Shown piece by piece: positions 25,700 to 39,083 of a stretch of DNA of 64,000 bases. Position 1 is the first letter of the stretch. Every line of letters begins with the position of its first letter. The DNA lies in the NCBI GenBank assembly GCA_013265495.1, contig MU058009.1, forward strand, positions 2,048,001-2,112,000. Reading direction: 5' to 3'. The translations under genes were made by a program, and so were the position numbers. This stretch comes from Vicugna vicugna (lineage: Eukaryota). The notes beneath the pieces were generated by a model, which was not told the origin of the DNA, made no database searches, and was given only the letters and a program-made list of their open reading frames with translations.

Positions 25700-27030
25700 A
25701 ATATTCCACTCATATTAGCCATAAAAACTATAAGGTACCTAAAGATAAATAAAAATAAACAAAATGTGCCGAGTATTAGAGGAAATTACCAAACATCACT
25801 GAAAGATGTGAAGGGAGATATAAATAAACCTGTAAGATTTGAAAATTCAGTACAGTATGCACAGTAATCATTCCTCAATTAATCTGTAGATTAAATGCAA
25901 TTCTTATCAAAATTCCAATAGCTTGTTTTTTTCCACAGGATTTGTCAAGAAGAACCTAAAATGTAAATTGAAAAACAACGAGCAAAAAATAACCAGGATA
26001 ATTCTGATGAAGGCAGGTGATTTTCCCTACCAGATTTCCAGACTTACGGAGGCTACAATTCAGTCTGTCTCTGAATCAACTTGCTACTCCTCCCACCAAG
26101 GAGAGCTCCACCCACCCTCTGAATTTATGCTGTGCTTCTGTCTGACCCAATGAAACGTGGAGGAAGCGATGTTCCGTGACCTCCAACACTAGTGATTAAA
26201 AAGTCTCACCACTTCTGCTCGCTTATTGCTCTCAGAGCCCTGAGCCACCAGCCAGAAGTCCACAGTAAAGAGCTGGAGAACGAGCACATGGAAAGGCCAC
26301 GAAGCATGAGCCACCACGAAGAGAAAGAGGAGAAAGACCTCAGGGAGGGCCACTGCAGCACCGGACGTGCAGCCCCGCTGCTGTCACCGCACAACTGCGA
26401 CTACGTGCGAGCCCACGGAGGACGGACAGGGGATGCCATCCGAGTCATTCCAGGGAATCAGGGAACAGCGAAACGGCTGCTGTGTTAAGTCACGAAGACT
26501 TGAGGTGCTTGTTTTTAACAGAGGATATCAGGAACCTATTCATTAAGACAGTGTGACACTAGCAAAGGGGCAGACCGTGGACCAATGGATCCGAAAAGAC
26601 AGCAAGACGACTGACACACACACTTGGACATTGATACATGACCAACTGGGCCTTATAAACCACAGGGAAAAAGAAATCCTGCTTGGTCTATGGCCTAAGA
26701 AAACTAGGAAAAGAAACAGATTCAGACCTTAAGCCACACCCAAAGAATAATTCAAGGTGGATTAAACACCTAAGTGAAAATCAAAATTTTAAAACATAAA
26801 GTAGTAGTAGTAGTAATAATGTAATAGAGATGTGGAGAAATACCTTCCCATCCATAGGGCAAGAAGAATTTCTCAGCTAAACATGAAAAAGGCAAAACTG
26901 ATAAAACTGACTCCACCAAAGGTTTTAAAGTTATCACAAAAGGGACATGATACACCAAGGGAAAAGGACAGTCACAAATGGGGATAAAAATATTTGTAAT
27001 CCACGCTGACAGATGTTTAGCCAGAATACA
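25700..27030 (+). mobile_element. Old L1 (L1ME-like) ORF2 relic interrupted by an MLT1 LTR
   Basis: tagattaaatgcaattcttatcaaaattcca and ttaagacagtgtg motifs. Host sequence resumes after 26542. Confidence 0.6.
26062..26537 (+). mobile_element. MaLR solo LTR (MLT1-like)
   Basis: MLT1-type 3' end tgctgtgttaagtcac...gaggtgcttgtt. Flanked by 5-bp attca duplication (26057-26061 / 26538-26542). Confidence 0.55.
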
Positions 27031-27189
27031 TAATTAAGAAATGAGACAGGTGTATACCTACCCCAACAGCTTGAAAAGTACCTGCAGTTTAAGTGGGGAT
27101 CACTACGTATTCGAGTAATGAGTACATAAAATGCCGTACTGGAATACAGCACTTGTTTTCAAAACTGAATTCAATCTCTTTCCCTGCAT

Positions 27190-27950
27190 ATTCTTTTCTT
27201 CCTCTTGAATCCCCAAAGTAAATAAATATCATAACCATTCGCCCAGCTGACCAACCTAATCACCCTGCATTCCTCTACCACTCCTGCTCTCCACACGCCC
27301 TTTCTTTCTATGTTCTCAAGGCCAAGATCTATCTAGACCTCTGATTCCCCAACCTCTCCTGTCTCCCAAAACTCGTATCTCACCCCTGCTCCTTTCTTCC
27401 CACTTCCCACTGCTACTTCCCTAGTTCTGGGCCTTGCAGCGTCTGGTCTAGACGTGGATGGCATGATCACAGTGCCCTTCTAACTGGTCTTGTTCCACTT
27501 CCCACTACACACCGATCATGGTACTTTCTTCTCAAAAGCCCTCAACACCTTCTCAGTTCCTATGAAGAAACTAATCTAAGTGCAAAATCCTAATACCTCA
27601 GGTGAGCCCTGAAGGATGGCATTTCTCCTAAGTATCTTCTAACACACATTGTCCCACAGTCATTCTAACCCATCCATCTCCCTTCCTTCCAGGTACCTCT
27701 GTCTGTGCTATTTTAATTGTCTAAATGCCCTTCACTTCTATTTTTGCATATCTAAAATCTATTCAATCTTCAGTAACGGTTTTCCTGAATGCCACAGGAA
27801 TATCAACAAGAGCTCCTACAGCACATGCTACACTTTCCTCATCTCACTGCATTGAGAGGTATTGCTTGTTCCCCATGATCTGCTTCATCAGCGACACTCA
27901 CATAAGCATCCGGCAAGTACAGGGCACTCAACGAAGCCACTCTGAATGAA
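27190..27950 (+). mobile_element. Degenerate L2 fragments
   Basis: ccttctaactggtct; 3' end ggcaagtacagggcactcaa...tgaatgaa. Confidence 0.45.
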
Positions 27951-29495
27951 CTGTTTATGGGTTTCAAGACTTCCTACACCGCAAGTCTGACATCAAGATG
28001 TTTTATACAGCACCTGAACCGCATGGACCAAGAGGATACACTATGAAAGACTGGACTATATTTGACTATAAAAACTTACGACATGAACGTAATGATTTAA
28101 GCTATTTTTATTTCGTTCAACTTAATGATTTCAATTTTCTGTCTATAAGGGGTGGAAAACAGAATTTCCAAGTCCCATACTTCTGGATTCCTTACAAATC
28201 TATTTTTGGAGTTATTTTTCCTATATTGAGTTCACTTTTCTATCACCATGGAAACCAATCTGAAATTAGTGTTGTTAGGATATTTAAAAATACAACTCTA
28301 TTCAGTAAGACTTCAAATGTTCAAGAAAGTCCTTTCTCTGCATGAAGAATGGAAATCGGCATAAAGCTGAGTAAAAATACATCACCCCACTCACATAAAA
28401 ACCACTCATTAAAGCTTAATCAACAGATGCAAATGGGGCAACGCAAGAGTTCTCCTCTTTTTATTTACCTTTTATAATGCTTTTTAGGCTGCAGTTTCAC
28501 TATGACATACCTGTGGAGTTCGTCAGCAGTCTCCTTCACCCCTGCAGCCCACAGTAGGTATGGAAACGTGAAAACAATCTCTGCTGCACAATATCATGCA
28601 GTCTGCTCACCTCTACCATCAACATCCTAATATTCAAAACACTAAAAATACTACTTCAGAACTACCGAGTTGAGAATAACAAGTGGAAGAATAATTCCTT
28701 ACTAGAGTCACAGCTTAGGTGGGTGTTAAGTGAAGTAAGTTCCAATCTCAGCACACAGGGCAAAAATCAGTAACAGACAAAACTGCAATTCAGATTTTTA
28801 GGAAAAAGGTAGAGACTTACATGCATCTTAATAAATCTAACAGTGTTTCCTTCCAGACTGGAAAAGAGCACTGTTTCCTCAACTGAGAATCAGATACCTT
28901 AACATAAGAAACACCCTCAGCTCAGCGAGAGGCCAGAACACGAAGAATACATGGGAAATGAGGCCAGTGACAGAAAGCAGAACCACATCCCATCTTACAG
29001 ATGCTCACCCCAGAACACACCCTTGTCGGGACAGCAAGCTTCATGAGCATTTTCACGTTTCTACGTGGTCAGAACTTCCTGAGCACACAGCTCCGGCATC
29101 TGGGTTAAATAAGGGATGACTGCATGCAAATCCGAGTGACAGAGCCCAACAGAGAGATGGACATCTTCCCGCCCCGCACAGCCATCTGCACATTCCAGGG
29201 CATCCGTGAAACAGAGCCCTTCCTAATTTCCCGGAGAGGATGTTTTACATTCCAGAGCAAAGGTCCCTCTCTCCATCTCCAGAAAGGCAAATGGACAGAA
29301 GTGCCAGCTATCCTATCAAAGCTCCCAGTTTCATAATTTCAGAGTTTGTCTCTTGTGGGACAAAACCCCACAGTACACATAGGATACATCTGGTTCTCAC
29401 TGCATCATTTCATGGAGACTGGGGCACAAGGAACCACACAAGTTACTCTCTGAGCTTATAAAAGGTCTGGTCTTTGATTCAGAGGCCTCATATTT

Positions 29496-29574
29496 CTCTC
29501 TCTCTCTCTTTCTCTCTTTTTCTCTTTCCCCGTGTGTGTGTGTGTGTGTGTGTGTGTTTGAGAGAGAGAGAGAG
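29496..29574. repeat. Compound microsatellite (TC)n-(TG)n-(GA)n
   Basis: Directly visible. Confidence 0.95.
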
Positions 29575-31438
29575 TCTAATTGTGGCAAGTTGACTTGTTA
29601 GACCCTTCACAGTTCAGGCTCTACAATACTATTCTTCACAAGTATATGCAGTCAAATTCTTAGAAGTAAACTGCATGTGTAACATGACTCCAATATGAGA
29701 CATATTTTTTTCTCATTCAACCAGTTTTACACATCTAACTTCTGGACTGGATAATCTCAAATGAGATACAGTTAAAATCCAGCACCAGGATGACAGCAGC
29801 ACTGATAACTCACTGTGTGAACTCTGTGTTTCAAACTCTGCCCTCAAATGACAAAGATTTCCAGGCATAAGAGGAAGTGTTACTATAGCGTATGCAGAAA
29901 AGTAGGTTTGAGATTTATTTTTATCTGAGGAAAACTTAACTTTTTGGTAGGGGTGGGAATAATAAAATTATCATGGCTTTTGTTCCAAATATTTACACAC
30001 ATAATAATATGCAGTTCTAAATAAGACATTTTTAACTGGAAACATGTACAAGTTAATCTTGAAACTGCAGTAGTATTAAGAAGATGGGAGAAATAAACTT
30101 TTCATTGATTTACTTCACTTTTATCAATGTCTGAAAGTCTCAGAGATAGGTACTAAAACTTGTTGCTGATATATATTTCTATAAACTTTAAAGCCCACAT
30201 TTACATAAAGTCTTAATCAGGAAGGAATGTCAGTCTTTCCAAAAGAAACCACACTTGGGCAATAGTCATGAATTTGGTAAGTATTTTACCAGCATACTGA
30301 AATACTGAAACCAAAAATGCAGAATCCATCCACACGATTTTATCTGTTAATGATTTGTAAACAAAAGATTTTCAATGTTGCTATAAAGGGGGGAAATGCA
30401 ATGATGTGTCTTCTCTGGTTTCCTTTACCTTTATTTTTAAAGTTTCTAAATATATCACAATTTCAACAGTCTAAGTCATACAAGTTTAACTCTAAAACTA
30501 GAGCTACCTTTTTAAGTTAATTATAATTACAAAATGGCATCTGTTACTTTAGCTTTCTCCATTTCACAGTTTTGCATAAGGTTAGTTTTTATGTTAAAAG
30601 GAATAATATATCTAAATAAACTGATAACTAGATCACCAAGAATATTATCAATACAATCTCTCTTGTGAGGTGTAGTTTGTCGCAAAACACCTCACCGTCA
30701 TTAAGCTTCCAACTTGCAAAGAATTTCTTTATCCACTGCCTCAATCCTGACAATGCTACCCTCGTGTCATCAGGAAAGTATTACTTTCCACATTTAACAG
30801 ATTAAGGTCTGACTTCACCAAAGTGCCTTAGAACATCTACCATTCAAAATTCACTAAGCAAGCTGGTTTGTTTGCTAATTACCACCTCACTTAGTTCTCA
30901 CAGTGCTCTGTGATGCATTTGGAATTGATACAGTTACTCCTACTTCACAGTTGAGGAAACAGGACCAGAGAAGCTGAGGTACTTACTTAAGAGCCCACAG
31001 GTTACAGTGCATTATTAGTCATCAGACTTTTTTACCTTCAACTCATTAAAGACATGAGGTATCTCAAGGCTATCGTGTATTTCTGCTTATCAAAATAGCA
31101 GTTTTGTCAGTTTGTCCTTTTCTAGTACTTTTACAAAAGAATGAATGTGCCGGACAGCTCTACAGCCTTGATTCTAGCACAGAGCCCCACCACTTACCAG
31201 CTGCGATCCTAGGTAAGTCCTTAAACTCAATTTCCTCGTCTGAAACTGCTGTGAAGAGTCAATGAGACAACATACAAGCAGTATTTAGTATAAGTCTGGC
31301 TCACAGAAAGCACTTGGGAAATACCAGCTTGTATTTTTTTTTATTACAATTCTGATTACTTTATTTAAAATAAAAATTCAAGGTTTATTTTGTATTTTTA
31401 CTCCTCAACATTTTTACACTCAGGTCAAACTTTACTAC

Positions 31439-31820
31439 CTCTTTCCACATTTCTCAGTATCCGGGCGAGGCTGCGTCTGCTGATAGAAAGTGTCGACAGA
31501 AGAAGATGCAAACCTGCCCGCTGGGCCTCGGCCTCGGCAGCGTCTCTCAGCCCCTCACATGGCAGCTTTAGCTGCGCACGCCAGAGAAGCAGGTGTTCGA
31601 CTCGTACCTTCTCTGTACATAGTATATTTCAGCCAAAACCTAAGCTCTCACGTAAATTAATGCTTTAAATGGAATCAGATAAAAAGAAGCATGTTAATTC
31701 ACAGCTGCAGATAACCGAATGAGAAGAGAAGGCGCGCGCACATCCACACTAGAGGGCGGTCTCACACAACGCCCCGCGCGAAGGGCCGGAAGCCTCGCGG
31801 CGGAAGGCAGACGAGACTGA
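31439..31820 (-). promoter_or_regulatory. CpG-rich intronic element; candidate internal promoter / alternative first exon of ARHGAP32
   Basis: Dense CpG cluster (ggcgcgcgca, gccccgcgcg, cctcgcggcgg) in an AT-rich intron and not recognisable as a repeat. Contains ETS-like CCGGAAG, CTCF-like ACACTAGAGGGCGG and a possible donor GAG|gtagta at 31439. Confidence 0.45.
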
Positions 31821-32929
31821 TCACATCTCTGCATCTTGCAGGAGACTTCTTTTCCTTCTTTCCGAAAAATATTTTTGGAATGTGAAAAAATGTTTGTTTT
31901 TGAACAACAAAGATGATTCAACAGGGAGAAGGGCAATAAAGGTAATAAATTTACACAATTTAAAACTACATGTGGTTTTACTTAATAAGTAGTAAGAAGC
32001 CCGTTCTAGCAATGCTTACCTTTAACTCTATTTTTTTTTGTAGGTTTCAATTTCTCTAAACAAAATATAATGCAGCCCTTATACACCAAATCCTGCAGAG
32101 TTTATTCAAAGTGCTATTCAGGGAGAAAATGTCTAAATTCAAGTGTACTTATTAAAAAATAATGGCTAAAACCGAATAAAATTCTATAGGTACTATTGAT
32201 ACTTTATCTAAAGAAAAAATATGCTTAGGAATTAACAGTTAATTAGTAATAGGGAGGGGGGAAAGACAAAGAAGTGGAGGAAAGGAGGGAGGAGGGGGGA
32301 GGGAAGGGGGGGAAGAAACTGAAGTTGATGAATAAAAACTCCAGCTGGTTTCTTGATAAGATCAAATGTTATGAATAGCTTGTGCACAACTTACACCCAT
32401 AAATTTGACAATCTACATTAAATGAACAATTTTGTAAGAAAACATAAACGATAATAAAAATTGACCTAAGAAGACAGTGAGCAGACCTAAAAAAAGAACC
32501 TGGCCAGACCAGTAATCAAATTATAAGTTCAAGTGGTAACTGAAGATTAAGCACTCAAATGGGAACCAGGCCCAAAAGGTTTTAACAGGAAAATTCTATT
32601 AAACCTTCAAAGAACAAGTAATTCCCATTTCCACAAACAATTCCAAGACATTTGTTTTTAAAGGGCTATGGGGTAATGAAGGTCTCCAACTCAGGCTAGT
32701 GGACAAGTACAACATACAGACCAACATGAGCACAGACACAAAACTCATAAGATCCTGACAGAGTGAAAAAGGGAATTTATTTTTAAACTATTTGGCCCAG
32801 AAGGAGAGTGTGTCCTAAGAATATAAAGATGTTTCAACAATCTATTTCTATGACCAGAGTAATTATTTACTATAAATAACAATGCAATGAATACATGTCC
32901 TTTTGAGAACTGGTCTTTGTTCATGACGT

Positions 32930-33041
32930 CCCAGCCTCTACCCAGGGAACTCCTATTTGCCTTTAAAATGCTAATCAAATGTCACCTTCTCTGTGAAGCA
33001 CTTAATGATCCTTCAAAACAGAGTTAACGTCTCCATGTTTG

Positions 33042-33079
<38 letters not shown>

Positions 33080-33330
33080 ACACAGATACATATATATACA
33101 TACATACATATATACATGTACAAATAAAGATATAAAATTAACCTCAAGCTAATGTATTTTGATTCAACATCTATTATGTTTATAATTATCCTCTCATATT
33201 CTAGTCCCCCTCAAATGAATGAGAACATCTCAAGGGAAGGAACAATGTTACCTTTTTGATATATATTTCCAACATACAGTATCCCACCTGGAGCACAGTC
33301 AACATGCAGTGTTTGTTAAATGAATGATTC
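32930..33330 (+). mobile_element. L2 3' fragment containing a (TA)n microsatellite
   Basis: aaatgtcaccttctctgtgaagc; tgtttgttaaatgaatga end. Confidence 0.55.
33043..33120. repeat. (TA)n / (TACA)n microsatellite
   Basis: Directly visible. Confidence 0.95.
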
Positions 33331-33529
33331 TCCAACATACTTAACAAGAAACATCATGCCATGCCTTCCATTAAACAATCTCACTGAGCACCTACTACTG
33401 AAAGCCTGTGCTGAGTTCTGCAGAAGTAAGAAGTGAGAAATACCCATACAAAGAGTTTATAATTGTTTAGGAATATCAAATAATAAATAAACATACATCA
33501 AAATGGAAAATGGTAAGTGAAAAATGATA

Positions 33530-35115
33530 TAAAAACATATATTTACCACCATCATCAAAATGAATAAAATACTTAGGCGTACATTTAACCAAAAAAGTGT
33601 AACACCTGTATGCTGAAAACTATAAAATATTATTGAAAAAATTAAATAATATGGAAAGACACCCTGTGTTCAACGACTGGAAGACAATATTATTAAGATG
33701 GCTATATCCCACAAATTAAACTACAGAGTCAACATAATTCGTACCACAATTTCAAATCGCCTTTTTTTTTTAAACAGGAATGGACAAGCTGATCCTAAAA
33801 TTCACAGGGAAATCTAGGGGACCCAGAATAGCCAAAACAATCTTGAAAGAGAAGAACAAAGTTGGCAGACTCACAATTCTCAATTTCAAAACATGTTACA
33901 AAGTTAAAGTGATCAAAATAGTGTGGTAATGGCATAGAATACCTATGTTCGAAAGGAACAGAAATGAGAGTTCAGAAATAAACCCAAACATCTATTGCCA
34001 ACAGATTTTCAACAAGAGTGCCAGGACCATTCAAAGGGGAAAGAATTGTCTTTCCAACCAGTGGTGCTCAGAAAAGTGGATATTCACATCCAAAACAATG
34101 AATTTGGACCCCCTACATCACACTATCTACAAAAATTAACTCAAAATGAGTCAAAGACAAATACATTTAAGTGCTAGAACCATAAAACTCTTAAAAGGAA
34201 CTACAGGAATAAATCTTGATGTTCTTGGGTTAGGCAACAGTTTCTTAGATATAACAACAAAAGCATATGCAACCAAAGGAAAAACACAGATAAATCAGAC
34301 CACCAAAATTACAAACATCTACGCTTCAAACGACACTATGAAGAAAGTGAAAACAAACTGCAGATTTAAGAACATATTTTCAAATTATATATCTGGTAAG
34401 GGTATATAGTATTCAGAATAATACAAGAAACTCTTAAAACTCAACAACCAAAAAAAAAATTAAAATTAAAATATGAACTCAAATAGACATTTCTCCAAAA
34501 AAAGATACATAACTAGCCAAAAAGTACATGCCTATCTAGTCACACCCACCAGGGTGCTATATTCAAAAAGACATATAAAACCAAGAGAATCAAAAACACA
34601 TGTTCACACAACAAATCATACATGAGTATTTATAGTAGCATTATTCATCACTATTCATAAGAGCCAAAAAGTGGAAACATTCAAATGACCACAAACTAAA
34701 GAATGGTTACCAAAATGTAGTATGCCCACACAACGGATTATTATTCACCCATAAAGAGGAATGAAGTACTGATAAATGCTACAACATGGATGAGTCTTAA
34801 AAATACTACACTAAGGAAAAGACACCAACACAAAAGACAACACAGTATACGATTATATTTATGTGAAATGCCAAGAACAGGCAAATTTATAGAGACAGAA
34901 AGCAAATTAGTGGTTGCCAAGGCTTGGAAAGAAGGGAAACAGGGAATGACTGCTAAAAAGTTATGGCGTTTCCTTTGGGGGTAATGAAAACGTTCTGGAA
35001 TTCAACAGTGATAAATGACTGAACGTTCTGAATGTGGAGAAAGCCACTGAACTGTGTACTTAAAAATGGGTAAGATGGTGAATCTACAATATGTGAATTT
35101 ACCTCAATAAAAAAA
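33530..35115 (+). mobile_element. L1MB-like 3' portion (ORF2 C-terminus + 3'UTR)
   Basis: ORF-track fragments RNESSEINPNIYCQQIFNKSARTIQRGKN and TIKLLKGTTG; ends acctcaataaaaaaa. Confidence 0.85.
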
Positions 35116-36049
35116 GGTAAATTTCACACGACTTATATCAATATGAAAAAAATACAATGTGTTATGATTCAGAAACCAACTCATCCACTGGGGACGGGAG
35201 GTAGAAAGAGAAGTGGATCGGAAAAGCTAATTAGATGTGACATACACCTTGAAAGATACACAAGATTCTTGAAAAGAAGAAAGGTTAAAACAAAGGAAAG
35301 ATCGTGACGTGTTCAGTAAATGAATAGTTGGATAAAAGTAAGATAAAAGAGTGAAAAAAAGGATGAAGGGTGTGCTGGAAGCTTATATGCAACATCTTGA
35401 ATGCCAGGGCCTTGTATAGTGGAAGGTCTAGAAAGGTTTCACACAGAGGTTGAAATTTCTGGAGCTGTACTTTAAGCCAAGTTATTGAAACACAGGCACA
35501 TTCAAAAACTGGTAGAGCCAAAACCAGAGATGAAGATTTCAAATAAGGGACAGAAACAGAAAAGAAGGATGGATTTGAAAGAACTGTATGACTATCTAGA
35601 TGTGATGCACAACACACAGGTCTACCTGGAGGTGACTAGGAGAACAATATTATCAGAAACTGGAATGGCTAAGGGTGGGTACTTCAGAAACACACTGCCT
35701 GGCTTCAAATCCTAGCTCTACTATTTACCATCTATGTGACCCTTGGCAAGTCACCTCACCTCTCAGACATCCATCTCTAAGCTGGGGGCAGAGAATCTAA
35801 AGCATTAGGTCCCTGTAGGCACAGATTCAGCTTATTGTTCTAGTGGATGGTGAGATGACCAACAGGTACTGGCTTCCCACATGGATCCAAAAATGCTAAC
35901 CTTTATCACACATTAAGTGTGATACACCTGGGTATCTACTCCCACACTCATCAGTCTGTTCTGTCTAGTCCTCTGCCAGAGCACAACTAAGAAGACCGAG
36001 AAACTATACAATCATCAGCATTATCTCTTTAAAAAACAGAAGAAGGATA

Positions 36050-36660
36050 TAATAAGCAATGTATAGAAAGACAAATACAAATTATAAGCATAAAATCATG
36101 TACAACATCCCTCATAACTAGAGAAATACAGATTACAACAAGAAGATGACATACTGCACCTATCCTATGGGCAAAAATTACAAAATCAACAATCTTGTCA
36201 CTGGGAGGAAAAGATACTACCATTAACCACTGCATAAACTGGCATACTTCAAAAATAAACTTAGCAACAACTGTCAGCATTTTAAGTGTACATACCCTTT
36301 GACTCAGCGAATCCTCTTACAGGATTTTATTTAATGGGCATATTCACATCATTAAAACCTGGAATATCCATCAATAGGGAACCAATTAAATAAATTATGG
36401 TATAATAATAAAATGAAATATTATGTAGCTATGAAAATGAGTAAGGTAAATCCAAATTACTAAAATAAAAAAATATACCTAAGATATACTTGCAAGTAAA
36501 AAAGCAATTTTCAAGACAGTATGTATAGAATTTCATCTATATTTTTAAAGGATATAGTTAAGTAGATAGTTATAGCTACAGCTCTATCTAGAGATACTGC
36601 TATGTATATTTTATAAATACATGGAAAAATTCTAGACAGACTCATAATAGTCAATAAAAG
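36050..36660 (+). mobile_element. Old L1ME-like 3' relic
   Basis: catacccttgactcagcgaatcc-like and tatccatcaataggga...taaataaattatggtat motifs. Confidence 0.55.
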
Positions 36661-36859
36661 AAAAAGCATAAAGGGAATTTTCACTTCCATTTGTAGCTGT
36701 CATAAAATATCATTTGATATTTTACAAAAAAATAAGTAAATGTACACTCATAAGGAGTATATATTCTTATCACATAAGAGCAAATTTAAATGTCAAAAAA
36801 ACCCAAAATATTTTAAAAAGCATTTTTAAAGTAAATTTTATCTCTTCTTCAAACATAAG

Positions 36860-37380
36860 TTCATTCATCCATTCATTCAACAAATATTCACTGAGTGATT
36901 TTTATGTGTCAGGCACTGTTCTACTCAGATGCTGAGGTGGAAAAAAAAAGAAGAAATAATGATAAAATATTTAGCACGCCAGATGGTGGTAAATGTTACA
37001 GCGAAAAATTACTTATGGAAGAGAGGTGGCGAATACTGGTGACCAAGAGGTGCCATCTTACATAGAAAAAGTATACCCTGAGAAGACATTTGCTCAAGCA
37101 CTTTTAAAAGGGAAGGTAGCAAGTTATGTGGATATCCAGGGAGAACTTTCCAAGCAGAGGAAACAGGAAGTCCAGTGGTCCTGAGGAGGAAGCCCGTATC
37201 TGGGGGAAGAGCAGAGGTAACCGCGGCTGAAACACTATGTCGTAGGGGAGGAGGGGTAAGAGATGCGGGCAGAGCGCTTAAGGGTAGATATCGTAAATCC
37301 ATGTAGGAAATTTGAAAGAATTTGACTTTTACTTTGAAAAAGAGGAGAAATGGAGGGTTTTGGAAAAGTGACATGATCTG
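36860..37380 (-). mobile_element. L2 (L2a-like) 3' fragment
   Basis: ttcattcatccattcattcaacaaatattcactgag..tgtgtcaggcactgttct; agtgacatgatctga. Confidence 0.75.
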
Positions 37381-37744
37381 AATTCCTAAAACTCAACAAC
37401 ATCGAAACACTAAGTAACCCAATTTAAAAACAGGGAAAGGACTTGAAGAGACCCTTCTTCAAAGAAGATACACAAATGGACAGTAGGTACCTGAGAAGAT
37501 GCTGAACATCACCAATCATTAGGGAAATGAAAATCGTATTGTACTCATTAGTTTGATAAAAATGTTCAAAGATACAATATATATGGTCACACAGAATGTT
37601 GTCTAAGGGTTTAATTCTAAGTACCTAACAGCGAGATCATGCATAACCTCCACTGCCCCTTCGTGCCATGGACTCCCCGTGCTCTCTTCACTATCTGATA
37701 TGGAGTCATTAGCGTCTTTAATCAGATTGGACAAGGAGGAATCA

Positions 37745-38657
37745 AGGGGTGGAGATGGGAGTGGCACCACTCTATATTACTCACAGTGACTCACTAGCAA
37801 CACTGTTGCTTTCTGTCTCCAGGACTGTGTGCTCTCCTGGCCTAGAGGTCTTAGTCGCAAAGGGAGGAATGCTTTCACCAGAAGAAACAACAATGATTCA
37901 CGGAGCTGGAAGTTAAGACTGCTGCTCAGCCACTACAGGCTCCTTATGCCTCTAAACTACCAGGCAAAGAAGGGAATTACAGTGCTGACTTCCAGAGGGA
38001 AAATGGACAGCTTCTTGACAACGGAAGTAAGGAAGAGTACATCCAGAATGTAGGGGATCCCTTAGGGTGTCTCCTGGTATCACCATACCCTGTCATTAAA
38101 CTCAGTAGAAAATAACGAGAACCCAATTCAGGAAGGACTATTAATGGCCAGACCCAAAATGAAGGTTTGGGTCACCTCACCAGGTGAACAACCACAACCA
38201 GCTGAGGTTCTGGCTGAGGGCAAAGGCAAATGCAGAATGAGCAGTGGTGAAGGCAACGGTAACACCACCTACAGCCATATGACCATTTACAGAGTCAAGA
38301 GCTATAACTGTCATGAGTATTCCTCCTTATTTTGTTATGAATATGTTTCGCGTGTGTGTGTGTGTGTGTGTATACCTGTAGCAAAAATCTTGTTTCCTCC
38401 TCTCTCTTTATCGCCTTATTAATATAAGGTTTACATCATTATATTTAAGTATTGTTAACTTTACATCACAGTCTTCTAGTTATGGAATATCAAGAGTAAA
38501 CATTACTGAAGGACTTTGCATCCTCTTCTGGGTAAAGATCTAGTGTCTTTAGTTGTGTAAACAATAGCTGGCCATGTTAAGCAGAAATAGGACCTTGTTA
38601 TTGTCTTTATTTGGAGATAAGCATGGTTTAAGGAGTGTCAAGATGAGAAAGGGTAGA
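37745..38657 (+). mobile_element. ERVL/MLT2-internal 3' fragment (degenerate dUTPase-like region and polypurine tract)
   Basis: Resembles remembered ERVL internal sequence (WKLRL..H...LMPLN.QAKKGITVL in ORF 37829..38053). Purine tract gagaaagggtagac immediately precedes the LTR. Confidence 0.7.
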
Positions 38658-38658
38658 C

Positions 38659-39011
38659 TGTGATAATTAATTTTATGTTTCAACTTTTGGTCAAACATTA
38701 TTCCAAATGTTACTGTGAGGTTATTTTTCAGATGAGATTTAACGTTTAATTCAGTCGACTCTGAGTAAGGTAGATTACCCTCCATAACTTGCAGGAGAAG
38801 GGAGAGGGAGGAGAGATTACCCTCCAAACAGTGGCAGGTCTTGAAAGACTGACTTCCCCTGCAGAAGAGGGAACTCTCCTAGCAGACTGCCCTTGCACTC
38901 AAGTTGCAACCATTATGCTCCTCCTGGTCTTCAAGCTTACTCTGGAGATTCTTGACTTACTAAATCTCCACAATACCACATAAGCCCATTCCTTAAAATG
39001 TCTCGCTCTCT

Positions 39012-39083
<72 letters not shown>

